A stretch of DNA of 64,000 nt from Takakia lepidozioides (lineage: Eukaryota > Plantae > Bryophyta): assembly GCA_030704615.1 (NCBI GenBank), contig CM060734.1, positions 5,518,001 to 5,582,000 of the forward strand, read 5' to 3'. Shown here piece after piece: positions 12,350 through 24,099 of this stretch. The notes under the pieces are model-generated. The model was not told the origin of the DNA. It saw only the letters and a list, made by a program, of their open reading frames with translations, and did not search any database. Within the stretch, counting starts at the first letter, position 1. Every line of letters starts with the position of its first letter. The position numbers and the translations under genes were made by a program.

Positions 12350-13530
12350 GGGACCAACCTCTTGGTGGTCGTACCTATTTAAGAAAAAACAATTGTGCGA
12401 CCACCAGTAGCGGTCGTTGCAACTGTTAAAATAAAAGAAAAATGTTGCGACCACCCCCCTGCTGGTAGTCGCACCTATTTACTGATTTAGTAGGTAGTAA
12501 GTTAGTACGTAGTAAGAGGGGGGTCCTTTATATAGCATCTCAGGGCGGCGGGACCCTTCTAGAAGCTCGCCGACCGTGGGAGCCTTCTAGAAGGCCCTAG
12601 ACACATGTCAACCCTACATGACTCCCTATTCTAAATTTAGCCAATTCATCAATTCTTTTTTTGGACCCCCTCATCTCATTCCTTAATACACGTGGCCTTC
12701 GTACATATGCGCCCCACTCTAATTCCTGGGCCACAGTAATTCCTGGACCACTCTAGAATCAGGGCCCGAATGAAACTGCTCTACATATTATTCGCACATA
12801 TTTAACAAACAGAAAAATGGTCCGACCACCCCCATGTTGGTGGTTGCAGCTATTTAAAAATAGAAAATTCTGCGACCATCTCCTTGCTGGTGGTCGCCCC
12901 TAAAAAAAAATGGTGCGACCACCCCCCTGCAGGTGGTCGCAGATTATTTATTTTTATTTTTTTTTTAAAAATATAAAGGGAAACGCCTGGGAGCGACAGC
13001 TCACAAATCAGGCCCCTTAGTAGTGAGAGGAGAAAATAACCTCTTTCATTTATGCGCCATGAGGCGTAGGAATGGGGCACTACCCACGAACCATACCACA
13101 CCCATCAAGTAGCAAGATTTGACCCCAGAATCGTTCGGGTCGCACTTAGTGCACTTAACCAACTGAACTACTGACTGTTGGTAGATATTAAAAAATCGGA
13201 AAATTATGCGACCACCCCCCTGCTGGTGGTCGCATCTATTAAAGAAAAAGAAAATAGTGTGACCACCAGCACGTGGTGGTCGCACCTATTTTTTTTTAAC
13301 CAAAATTTCTGCGATCACCCTCTGGTGATCGCGCCTATTAAAAAAAAGAAAAATTATGCGACCACCCCCGTCGCACCCATTAAAAAATATATATATATCT
13401 GCGACCACCCCCTGCTGGTGGTCGTACCTATTAGAAAAAATAAATTTTTTGCGACCACCCCCCTGCTGGTGGTCACACATAATAAAGAAAAAAAAAAATA
13501 ATGCGACCACCCCCTACTGGCGGTCGCAGC
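12350..13530. repeat. Array of ~13 palindromic units GCGACCACC-(N)-GGTGGTCGC with A-rich linkers (DNA-transposon subterminal type)
   Basis: Units at about 12397, 12446, 12821, 12871, 12914, 13207, 13259, 13310, 13356, 13399, 13450 and 13502. Confidence 0.8.
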
Positions 13531-15453
13531 TATTACTAGCGTGCGTAGTCATGATGACAGCGCGCGCCCCGAGTGTGGAGGGGGGCTTATAAGGCCTTCG
13601 AGGCCATTCTCTCCCTCACTTTTATCCACACCAGGACTTGGTGGGCGATGGGATGTTGCATTCCTTGTCGTTGAGCCCGAGTGGAGGGGGGTGCTATTGG
13701 TTGGGTGGGGGGTATTTTGGGCCGTTGGTTTCTACGAAATCGATGTTGAGTATCTCCCGGGAAGCCCTCCTCTGACACCCACGTTTTTTTCTGTCACTTA
13801 GAACTGCAGAGGGAGTGACACGTGCCTCTAGTACTTGGGGAGGATTCATTAGGGAGTAGGATTAGGTACAATTTAGGAGGGTTGGGAGAGCATTTTTCTT
13901 AGCAAACATCTGTCGAGTAGGGATAAGCCAGAGCCATAAATGGCGGAGGAGGAAGACAGAGGAGGTCATCCCAGGGATGACGATAATGAACCTGGACCTC
14001 CCAAAAAAAAACCGAAATGGGCCAGGCGCGAATTTCGTTGGGACATATACAATGACCCCAACATTGTTGCGGAACCAGGTTGGGAAGTTTGGAGGTGGGG
14101 GCAGTGATGGTCGCTTGGTGACTGCAGGAAATTTGTGGACTGGTGTCACATAAATCGTTTGTGGCCCAGAGATAGGCATGATCCACAAACCAAACAAAAT
14201 CAAGCTAGCTTGCATTCCGGCACCAACCCGCATTTCCGCCATAGGGTAAAGGAGGTATATACAACATTGTGGGGTCAACCGCTCGTCAACAACAAGATCC
14301 CGTATTTATTTGCGGCCATGTTGTACACAAAGTTGATTTTAATGCGACCAGTGGATTGGCAAACTGCCACTACGAGACAGCGTACTAGACTATACATGTT
14401 CTCTGATATCCCAGACTTGTATATACGTCAGGGGTAGGACATCATACGGTTGGATGGAAACGACGAGGTGGAAGAATGAGGAAAGACAGACGCAGTGGTG
14501 GTGTGGGAGGTGTAGGGGACCAACCTTCAGATTATACGCCGCAACAGGTCTCCGCAGCCGGGCCTTCAACGTCTGAGGTGGAAGGGGCAATAAAAAAAAA
14601 ACATGAGCACGCGAAACGCAGTCCAACAGGTCCTAAGGTAATAGCAGATCCAACAGAATATATTCAATGGGTGAACGGATGGTTGCCCATCCAAATCATT
14701 TTTGTTTGCTTCCAAACTTTGCCAGTACGTTTAAGACACCCTCTCACAGGTCCCGGACTAATATCAGATCAATCAAAATTCATTCAATGGCTCAACGGAT
14801 GGTTGGCCATCGAAATGATTTTGGTTCGCTTTGAGACTTGGCCAGTATGTTCAATATACCATGGAAGAGGCCCCAGAGTAATATGAGATCAATCGAAATT
14901 CGTACCCTCTCATAGGTTCCAATGTAATATGAGATCAATCGAAATTCGTTCGATGGGCCAATGAGGCATTTAGTTGTCATCTGGTTTTTGTTCATTGCGA
15001 AAAAGAAATCTTGCAATGCGTGCACGGCTATTGCACCCATTGAACGGATGTGGTTGAAGCCCCTCTTTTGCCCGCATGTGCTTGAACATGTGTACGACAC
15101 ATGTGCGGAGACACAACAAACGAATAAATCATTTGTCTCCCCATCGACGCCAAGCCATTCCATAATGTAATTGAATTTAAATTAATTTTAAGCCAATAAA
15201 TAGGTTTGCACTGCCTTTCATTGGGGGTTTTGGCACGTATCGATTTGCTTTTGGCTCAATTTTGTTTTGCGGCTTCAAGCATCCCACTGCTACTCCCCCG
15301 TTAAAATTTAGACCAATAAAAAATGCCCCAAAAAAAAAGTGTTCTCTTCGCTCACTATTGCAGAACTCTCTATGAAGAGTGCATTAAGTAAAACACAAAT
15401 CAAGTTTGGAGTGCAAAACGGGTTAAAAAATTGTGGTTTTGGGTCCAAATGAA

Positions 15454-16045
15454 TCGTAATCTGAGAGCAGAGAGAATGCAGACCTTTTATCCATTTGGTA
15501 TTCAAGTCCAAGGATAGAACTACATTGTAGAGGGAGAGCCTTATGAGAATGGGTCTGGTATGCGCACTCCCTTACGGAGTGAGTGCATACCAAACTCACT
15601 CCATAAGGACTGCCATACCAGGGGGGGGTTGGTGGGTGCCCTCTCTCCTCTCTCTCAATTATCTGTTTGGGATTAACAATTTTTTTCCTAAGCCTATCTG
15701 GTTTGGAAATACCTTCTTTCTAATCCCTTTCATCCGGTAGGGATGAAATCCAAAACATATTCCATTAGGGATTAGAAAGAAGGTATTTCCAAACCAGATA
15801 GGCTTAGGAAAAAAATTGTTAATCCCAAACAGATAATTGGAGAGAGGGAGAGAGGGGCCACCCACCATCCAACCCCTGGTATGGCAGTCCCCTTATGGAG
15901 TGAGTTTGGTATGCACTCACTCCGTAAGGGAGTGCGCATACCAGACCCATTCTCATAAGGCTCTCCCTCTACAATGTAGTTCTATCCTTGGACTTGAATA
16001 GCAAATGGATAAAAGGCCTGCATTCTCTCTGCTCTCAGATTACGA
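15454..16045. repeat. ~590-bp foldback/MITE-like palindrome
   Basis: Arms TCGTAATCTGAGAGCAG...TTCTAATCCC and GGGATTAGAA...CTGCTCTCAGATTACGA, ~275 bp each with few mismatches, around a ~40-bp spacer. Confidence 0.9.
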
Positions 16046-17229
16046 GTGAACATTGGCACAACATAATTCAAACTTGGCAAGAGTTCAGAAATTACAGGTG
16101 TTCTTCAACCAATGGCAGCAGACTACTGCACATCTTCCCACCATATCAGCCAACTTTTTGGTTAGAACCAATTTATGAATAAGAACTTGTGTTCTTCAGC
16201 AGCACTGGCAGTAGTCTACTGCCCCTGATTCAAACAAGCCATCTTCCAGCAACATAGTAAGATTGGGTACTTTTTTTGGTGCTACAAAGAGCAAAGCCAT
16301 AACCAGGAGAAACATGGAAGCACTTGAGCCAAGGACAAGGAAGTCACTCGTATCATAAGGTAACTAAACTGACATAAAGGCATCGGCTACAAGAGACCAG
16401 CTAACAAGAGTAATGTGCATTGACCGGATCATGTGTAAGGTGTACAGTACATATACTCTAGCAGGCTGTCTTACCAGGGCCTAGCTCAGAATATCATCAT
16501 TCAGAAGTCATTTAGATGCTCTATGTTTATTTCAGGTACCATCAAGGATGCCTTACTCTCCATGCCCAATCAACCAACATATTTTTGCTGGAGAGGATCA
16601 TACCTTACGAGGGATTTGTTGCTCCATATTATTGTTATGGAGGTATAGGGGCTGATACCCCATGGCTTTGCCAGACCTCTGCAAAAGCCATTAAAGGTGT
16701 TAGAACATCAAAAGTAAGAAGACTGGAAAATGACAAGTGAGAGGTAGATAGTGTGTACAGAAACCACTAAGTACACTGGGCAAAAAAACAGAGGGAAGAT
16801 AAATATGTCTTGTCAAGGCACAGACAAGACAAGTGATGTCATTGTCAAATAAAGACAAATCAGCCTCATGACAAGGCACCATCTAACTTCACCTCGCATA
16901 CACAGTATCTTACTTGATAGAAACTCATGTCATCTTCCTGAAAGTACATGAAAAGTTAGGCTGGGAGGGTGGGATTTCCAAGACAACCATCACCTTGGAT
17001 TCAGATGTCATTCATCGTTGAAGGAGTCTTGTTCAAAAAAAAAAAAAAAAAAAAAACCAGGACAAACACCAACCCTTGGTACATACCATCAACAGAAACA
17101 CTTGAGCCTTAAAAACGAGTTGCAGGTGTTTGCAATTCCAAAAGCCCAGCCTGATAAATTTAGTCTATGTTCCATGAATGCATAAAGGTGTGGATCTGGA
17201 TTTCCATCATCTCTCCAAAACTCAATCAG

Positions 17230-18200
17230 AAGCAGGAGTGCTACATTGAGCATAATCAGAACTTTATGGACAACACCAGCTCAGAGGGTATTCCAAAAAG
17301 CCCAGTTTGAAAAATTAAACCAGACATTGTGTATTTTGAAAAAGCCAGACCAGCCAGCCACTGCTTGGTATTTTTTCCAAGTCAAAACAGTGTGCAAAGG
17401 TCTTGCTTTCAAATCACTGGGTATGTCCAAAAGTACTACTCGGTACTTTTTCAAACTTATAATAGCGTAACCAGGCCTGTTTAAACTCAATGGTTAATTT
17501 CAAAGATACTGCTTGGTACACCTAAAGCAGCCATTATGTAATCTGAAAAGCCATCAAGCCAAAACAGCTTAGACAGTTCAGTTTTAAACTCAGAGAGTAG
17601 TTCCAAAAACTTGCTTCATAACTCAGACCAGACGGTGGTAATTTGGCAAAGCCCTTCAATACATCTGCTTGGTATTCTTCAAGCTAAAACAATATGAATA
17701 TATCTGCCTTAAACAAGTTAAAACAGTAAAACCAGATCTGTTTCAGACTCAAAGGGTGGTTCCAAAGGCATAGCTTGGCAACCTTAAAACAGATGTTATG
17801 TAATCTGAAAAGCCCGTCATGCCAGGTGCTTGGCCTGTTTTAAGCTCAACGGTTAATTTCAAAGATGCTGCTTGGTACACCTAAAGCAGCCAGTATGTAG
17901 TATGAAAAGCCATCGAGCCAAAACAGCTTAGACATTCTGTTTTAAATTCAGAACGTAGTTCCAAAGACCTGCTTGATAAATCAGACCAGACAGCCTGTAA
18001 TTTGCTCAAAGGGTGGTTCCAAAGGCATTGCTTGGCAACCTTAAAACAGATGTTATGTAATCTGAAAAGCCCATCATGCCAGCAGCTTGGTAATCTCTCT
18101 AAGTTCGAACAGTGTAGTCGTAACTGTTTTAGTCTTAGAACTCTAACCTCAATGTCCAAAAAGTACTCCTTGGTACTTACCATGTTAAAACAACATAAGA
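17230..18200. repeat. Diverged non-coding internal repeats
   Basis: 17475-17640 resembles 17833-18000, and 17750-17825 resembles 18005-18085. Confidence 0.6.
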
Positions 18201-18486
18201 AGGGACGTTTTAAGCATCACTGGATAGCTTTAGGTCTGAAGATGTTACTCCAGCACCATATCAATATGATGCCAAAGTTCAGACTGGTATCATGCTAGAA
18301 AAACTGACTTATAATCAGGTTAAAAACCCCCGAGTCTTAATAGAACGTATGTATTCTAATAACCACTCCAGGGCCTAAATCTGCCTTGACCCCTGGATTG
18401 ACACTTGGGCCAATTACAAATGTCAATATGTAAAAGCTAGCTATTTCCTAGCTAGTTTCACACTAGTGGTAAAATAACTTGACAGC

Positions 18487-18676
18487 TGTCGTGCGCATAC
18501 ATATCGCTACACAACTACATCGCTATCCAAAAACCACACAACACATGTGCACACCACACACTAGTATACCACTAGTCCAGCCACTAGTCCAGCCACTAGT
18601 CCAACCACTAGGCTACAACTAGTCAGTCACTAGGCTGCCACTATGCTGCCCACTATGGCAGTCACTAGTCCACACA
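18487..18676 (-). repeat. 3' terminal repeat (LTR-like, 190 bp; TGTGTGGAC...GCACGACA on minus)
   Basis: Reverse complement of 28596-28785 with 2 mismatches; contains a CTAGTCCA(G/A)CCA x3 sub-repeat. Confidence 0.92.
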
Positions 18677-18678
18677 AT

Positions 18679-18690
18679 CGCCCCCCTAGC
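18679..18690 (-). other. Polypurine tract
   Basis: Minus strand GCTAGGGGGGCG-AT immediately before the TG of the 3' repeat. Confidence 0.7.
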
Positions 18691-18936
18691 TGGTGCTTAG
18701 GTCCCTCTAAGTCAAGGTAGCCACAAGATGTGATAGTGACCATAGCCTCACTAAGTCCTCCACCACTATCCCTACTACACTCAAACTCGATAGATCAAGA
18801 GGCCGGGTGCAAGAGTTGCCCCATCGTTAGTCGCCGTCTTGCAACCTGTGAACTTGAGCTTGGGATCTCATGTATTGACTCCTATGAGCTTGGCCTCCCA
18901 TGTCTTGTTAGCTGCCTCCAGTCATGTCCACTGCCA

Positions 18937-19080
18937 CTATCCCAAGCAGTGTGGACACAACCAATCTCCGTCAGGAACCTTCTCAAGAGGTGGTGTCAAG
19001 CATCACATATGCCAACCCCTTGAGCATTGATCACACACCAGCATGGTGGCTGCCCCTTTGGCAGACCCACAGAGCATGCA
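18937..19080 (-). pseudogene. PHD finger at the integrase C-terminus (one in-frame TGA at 19003-19005)
   Basis: Manual translation CMLCGSAKGAATMLVCDQCSRGWHM*CLTPPLEKVPDGDWLCPHCLG* gives C4-H-C3 with the WxCxxC end. Not in the ORF track. Confidence 0.9.
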
Positions 19081-20270
19081 CCTCAAACCTGCAGGTACCA
19101 CTGCCAAGTTTGGGTCAACTCTGCCATCGACATTGGGAAGGTGACATGGCGCACAATTACGCACATGGTCCTTCCAATCATGCCATCCTGACCCTCCAAG
19201 ATCAGGACCCCTGAGGGCAACACCTCTCGAACCCTCAGAATAACACGCCCTGCAGTAACATCCAGAGTCGTAGGAGCAGTCTGCTGCAAATAAACATAGT
19301 CACCAGGGCTAAACCTCCGAACCCCAGGACGATATCATCCACCACGTATAGTAGCATACCTCAACGTATCACGGTGTTGTGCAATGGCAAGGTTCTCAAA
19401 AGCCATGGGCATGACTTTCTTGAACAACTCTGCACGCTGATCACATACACGTACCCACACGTCTGGGTCGTCAAGGTTAAGGACTTGAGCAGTGTCCCTA
19501 CGAATGGCTGCAGGCAAATCCGGCTCTCGGCCAAAGAGAAGGAAATATGGTGAGAAGGAGGCAAGTGATGCTTGTTTGCTGAACCTGTAGCCCATGGCTA
19601 ACCAAGGAACCTAAAGATCCCAATCTCCTAGGTGTCCCTTCTGCAAGCCATACTTGCGCAAACCCCTCTTCACTGTCTGAACAACTCTCTCTGCTAAGCC
19701 ATCGGCCTCAGGATGATCCCGAGAAGTGGTGCGGTGGTCTATCAAGGCTTTATCACACAAAGCCTGAAACTCCCCCAAAAACTCTCTCCCTTGGTCCGTG
19801 AGTACCTCAGCTGGAGCACCAAATCGGCTAAGCACACGATCCAAGAATGCATACGCAGCCCCCTCACTAGCCTTGTCAGGCAATGGAACCAACTCAATCC
19901 ACTTGGAGAAGTGCTCCACCATCACCAACACATATCTGTGGTGGCGCATAGTCAGTGGCAACGGTCCTGCGAAGTCAAGACTCCACCTGTAGCCCAATCC
20001 CATGATTGGTAAAGGATGCAACTGTGGTGTAGGGGCGTTGAATGAAGCACGCACCCTGTCACACACCATGCACCTAGCCACGAACTGTTGCACCTCTGTA
20101 TGCATACCACGCCACCAATACTGCCCCTGCAGTAAACTGTGAGTGCGTCGCACTCCAAAATGCCCCAACTCCTCATGGGCATGCCGCACTAACCGTGCAC
20201 GCTGTGTGGGGTGAGCACAATCCTCACCCGACCATCCTCCCACACTCGAAGTAGGTGTATCCCCTCCCAC
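19081..20270 (-). pseudogene. Gypsy DDE integrase
   Basis: HEELGHFG...CMVC (HHCC), SLDFAGP, VLTDQGREF, DGLAERVVQTVK, FSPYFLLFGREP; stops at 19611 and 19335. Confidence 0.92.
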
Positions 20271-21177
20271 TTGAACCTCTTGGCTCGTTGCAGGATCCGA
20301 TCCCTCTCCCTGGCAGTCACAATGGCTGCCGTGTCTCCCGTGCGGAGGTAGTCCAACACAGCCGAATCCTCATGTATATCTCTGGCACCACCTAGCTCAT
20401 CACTAGCCTCAGGGTCCTCAGACACTCCGTCTACAGTCATCCCTGTTGTAGGTCCAATCTGACCTCCCGATGCCAAGATACACAAAAATGCAGATGCATG
20501 CCATCCCGACACCATCTCCTCGTCCGTCTCACCATGCCACCGAGCTCCAGTGTCATCCTGCTGGCTCATGCATGGATTGCGACTCAATCCATCCGCATCC
20601 CGATTGACCAAACCTGGTCGATGCACAACCTGAAAGTCATACTCCTGGAGTATAAGTGCCCACCGTGCAAGCTTCCCCGTAAGCTTGTCTGACTCCATCA
20701 ACCACTTGAGTGGCTGGTGATCCGTGACAAGGGTGAAAAGATTGCCGTATAGATAGCACCTGAAGTGTGCCACGGCCCACATTGCAGCTAAGCACTCTCC
20801 CTCATATGAGCTGTACTTAGCCTCTGCAGCGTTGTTCGAGCGGCTAGCGTAAGCCACTACGAACTCTCTTCCCTCATCATCCACCTGTGTGAGCACCGCT
20901 CCAAGCCCCAGCATGCTCCAATCCGTATGCAGCTGAAAGGGACGCCCCCTGATAGGTCGTCTCAAGATAGGCGCCGAGGTCAACCTCGCCTTGAGCTCTT
21001 GAAAAGCTCGTTCCTGCTCATCTTCCCACTGCCACTCCTGGTCCACCTTGGTCAGCTTGGTTAGAGCCTTTGCAATGGTACTAAATCCCTTGACAAACCG
21101 TCTATAATAGTTTGCCAACCCCATGAAAGCTCGAACTCGGCTCACATCCGTGGGGCGTGGAATTTGTGCAATGGCCT
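20271..21177 (-). pseudogene. RT connection and RNase H
   Basis: FMGLANYYRRF, LHTDWS, YEGECLA, LVTDHQPL, DADGLSR. Confidence 0.92.
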
Positions 21178-21960
21178 CTACCTTAGTTGCTGTACCCCCA
21201 ATCCTCCAGGATATATCATGTGACCCAGATACTCAATCTGGTTGTGGAAAAACTTGCACTTCCCCGGATGCAACTTCAATCCGTGCGCTCTCAAGCGCTC
21301 CAATACCACCTGAAGGTGTCTCTCATGCTCCTCCATCGTAACACTAAAGATGATGATGTCATCTATGTAGCACCGAGCAAAGTCCACCCCTGCTAGAATC
21401 CTATCCATGACTCTCTGAAACTCTGCAGGAGCATTCTTAAGCCCAAATGGTAAGAACCGCCACTGATATAGGCAATCCTTGCCGTGCTCATTGATCCCCC
21501 AGAATGTCGTCTTCTGCTTGTCCGCCTCCTTGATTGGCAACTGGTGATATCCGGATCGTAAATCCAAAGTGCTAAAGGCCTTAGCATGCCCGATGGCATC
21601 AAAGATCTCCTCTGGTGTTGGCATGGCATACTTATCGGACTTGGTCTGACGATTTACAGGCCGGTAATCACCGCACATACGTCTCTCCGTCCAATTGCCA
21701 TAGACATCCTTCTTGGCTGGCATCACTGTGGCTGAAGCATACTCTCCACCAGAGAGCTCCACCAAACCTGCCTCCCAGAGATCTTGAGTCCTCATCTGAA
21801 TCAAAGACCTCTCCATGTCACTGTATCTATAGGGTCTCCGAAAGATTGGCGTGTCAGTGGCCAACTCAATACGGATCTCTTGACCCTTCAGTGCTCCCAA
21901 GTCCTTCAAACTGAAGGCAAAGCAATTCCTGTAAGCCCTCAGGAACCGCCGTATACGTCG
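21178..21960 (-). pseudogene. Reverse transcriptase
   Basis: [32 protein letters not shown]; frameshift near 21190. Confidence 0.95.
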
Positions 21961-22369
21961 TCTCTCTCCTCCGGTGACAATGGGTCCAATGTCAGGCTCC
22001 CAATTGTCCTCCGTAACTACAACCTTAAGTCCAGTGGGCTTAGAGGTAGAGGACGCGTCAGTGGTTGCTATGCTGCAACCTCTTGAGCAGTACTCCCTGC
22101 CTGCTCAGTCAATGACAAGACCTCATCCTGCCCCATCATCTCATCATTGAGGACCTCCTCAACCCGAGAAGAATCCCCAACCTCATCATCACAGCCGCCT
22201 TGGCTGCCAACTCCCTCTGAACCTCGAGCACCTCCCACGTGTGCCATGGATGCATGCACCCCGTGGTCCTCACATGCTCGCCCCCACTCACTGCCTGTAC
22301 CGTCTCGGTAGGCAGAGAGACCATTGAGGGAAGTGTACTCCGCACTCTGCGTTGCTCAGCCAGAGCCAA

Positions 22370-23320
22370 GCTGATAATCCAGGTCAAGCAATTGAGATCC
22401 ATTGCTTGCCCCAACACTTGACGACGTGATGCCTCAGAAAGAGACGACACCGCCGTGGTACCAGTGGTAAAACCCATTGCCCGCTCACGCTCGTCAGCAT
22501 TAGGCTCCACTAACTGCTGCAACTGAGCATCCCACAGGAGGCCAGGTCCACTATCCCGGAAAGCATGCGATCCTGGGAAGCTGAGCAGTGTAGGTAATGC
22601 TGCTCGTGGTTGACCCACCTTGTTGACCACTGCCAAAGGCGAACGGTCATCGTGTCTCACACGCTGAGACTGCCTCCCTGTGTCCAGAATGTTATCCACT
22701 GTGAGATGTGCTGGCCGCTGCACCCCATCAAATGCACGCTTGAGCAGTGCGGGTGGCATCAAGTTAGTCCACCATAGCCGTGGACGATGAGCCCGTGACC
22801 CCACTGTAGCTGCATCTAGCAACACTGCTGACCCAAGCCACGACCGGACTTGATGCACACTGGCCATCACCCTGGCCCGAGAATCGCCCATCAGTGGCAC
22901 ATTCTCCAAGATGTATGCTGGAGATACAGCTTGATGAAGCTGCAAGTGGCGCAAAACCCGCACCATCTCCCAAAACAGACCCGACCTCGAGTCTCGCAAT
23001 CCATTGCCATGCCCGGCTGATGAATGCCCTTGGCAGGGCCAACCTGCCACTACCAGATCAATGGAGCCAACCCGCTCCAAATCCTGCGCCCCCAGCAACG
23101 AAATGTCTGCTGGCAAGGCCTGCTGATATCCACGAATTGCAGACACCGACAACAACTCAGGGTACCGCTGCACCAACTGAGCAACATGGCGAAGTGAAAC
23201 GCGTCGTGCAGTCTCATCCCTCTCCACATACAGGTAACGCCAAACTCGTACACCTGCTTGTAACACAGCAGCCAATCCGGTGCTGATCCCGCCAAACAAG
23301 TCCAGAAGACAAATGCCTTC
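22370..23320 (-). CDS. C5-cytosine DNA methyltransferase domain (DNMT3-like) inside pol, part of ORF 22136-23950
   Basis: Motif I LDLFGG, motif II YVERD, motif IV GWPCQG (catalytic Cys), SGLFWE, motif VI ILENV, motif VIII AHRPRLWWTN, motif IX ERAMGF, motif X LGQAMD. Reading frame uninterrupted. Confidence 0.93.
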
Positions 23321-23729
23321 ATCCGGATACTGCCACACAATAGGTGTGGTGTCCAATGGAGACAATTGAGGTGGTCCTGGTGCAATCCCCACACTCTCCT
23401 CCTCTCCTGACGGTACAAAAGCCTCCACCCAGGCTTGTTGCACCCGTCGATCAGCATCCCGCTGCAAATCCTTGCTCGTGCCCCACAATGGAGTCTGAGC
23501 AACCATGGTAGGCAACTCCGCCATACCATACATGTCATCCTGCTCTCCCGGAGGTGGTACATCCTCTGAATGAGCATTGCCCTCAAGCAACTCTCTAGGC
23601 CAACTCACTGCCGCTGTGAATGCTGCTAGTGTCGGCATCTTGCCTCGCTGGGCAACCGCAACTCCTCCTATGAACGTCACAGGGAGCTGCACACGCCGGC
23701 CCTCCCCTGACTGCCATGCAGGCCTATAG

Positions 23730-24060
23730 GAAGCTGACTCCTCCCAAAAATCCAGGGTGAAGCCCATGGGGTACAACACTGCCCCACCAACCAGGACATC
23801 GTATGAGACTGCGTCTGTCACAATGGCCTTGGCTCGCATCACTGAGCCATCTGTAGGGTGATCCGGCCGTAGTCTGATAGCCAACTCACGCCGTGTCATG
23901 CCCCGAGCCTGCTCCGATCCTCCAGAGACGTCTGTATCTGGAAAGGACAAGGCTCCATATCCGCCTCCGTGAGGCCCAAGCCTGCAATAGCAGCTCTGCC
24001 CAGCATCAATGGCTGAGCTCCCGAGTCCAACAAGACCCGCAGTGGCCGGTACCTCTTGCC
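23730..24060 (-). pseudogene. Aspartic protease
   Basis: VLLDSGAQPLMLG...YDVLVGG; 1-nt frameshift near 23930. Confidence 0.85.
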
Positions 24061-24099
24061 TGCCGGTCCACTCAAACAGAAAATGCCATCCTGGTTGTC

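Noticed and set aside
12350-13530. CRISPR-like repeat/spacer appearance
   Set aside because: Eukaryotic context, degenerate repeats, low-complexity A-rich linkers and no cas genes.
22136-23950. Host DRM/CMT/MET1 gene or bacterial contaminant
   Set aside because: Intronless, fused to the protease C-terminus, no UBA/BAH/chromo domains, non-permuted motifs, and embedded in plant TE context.
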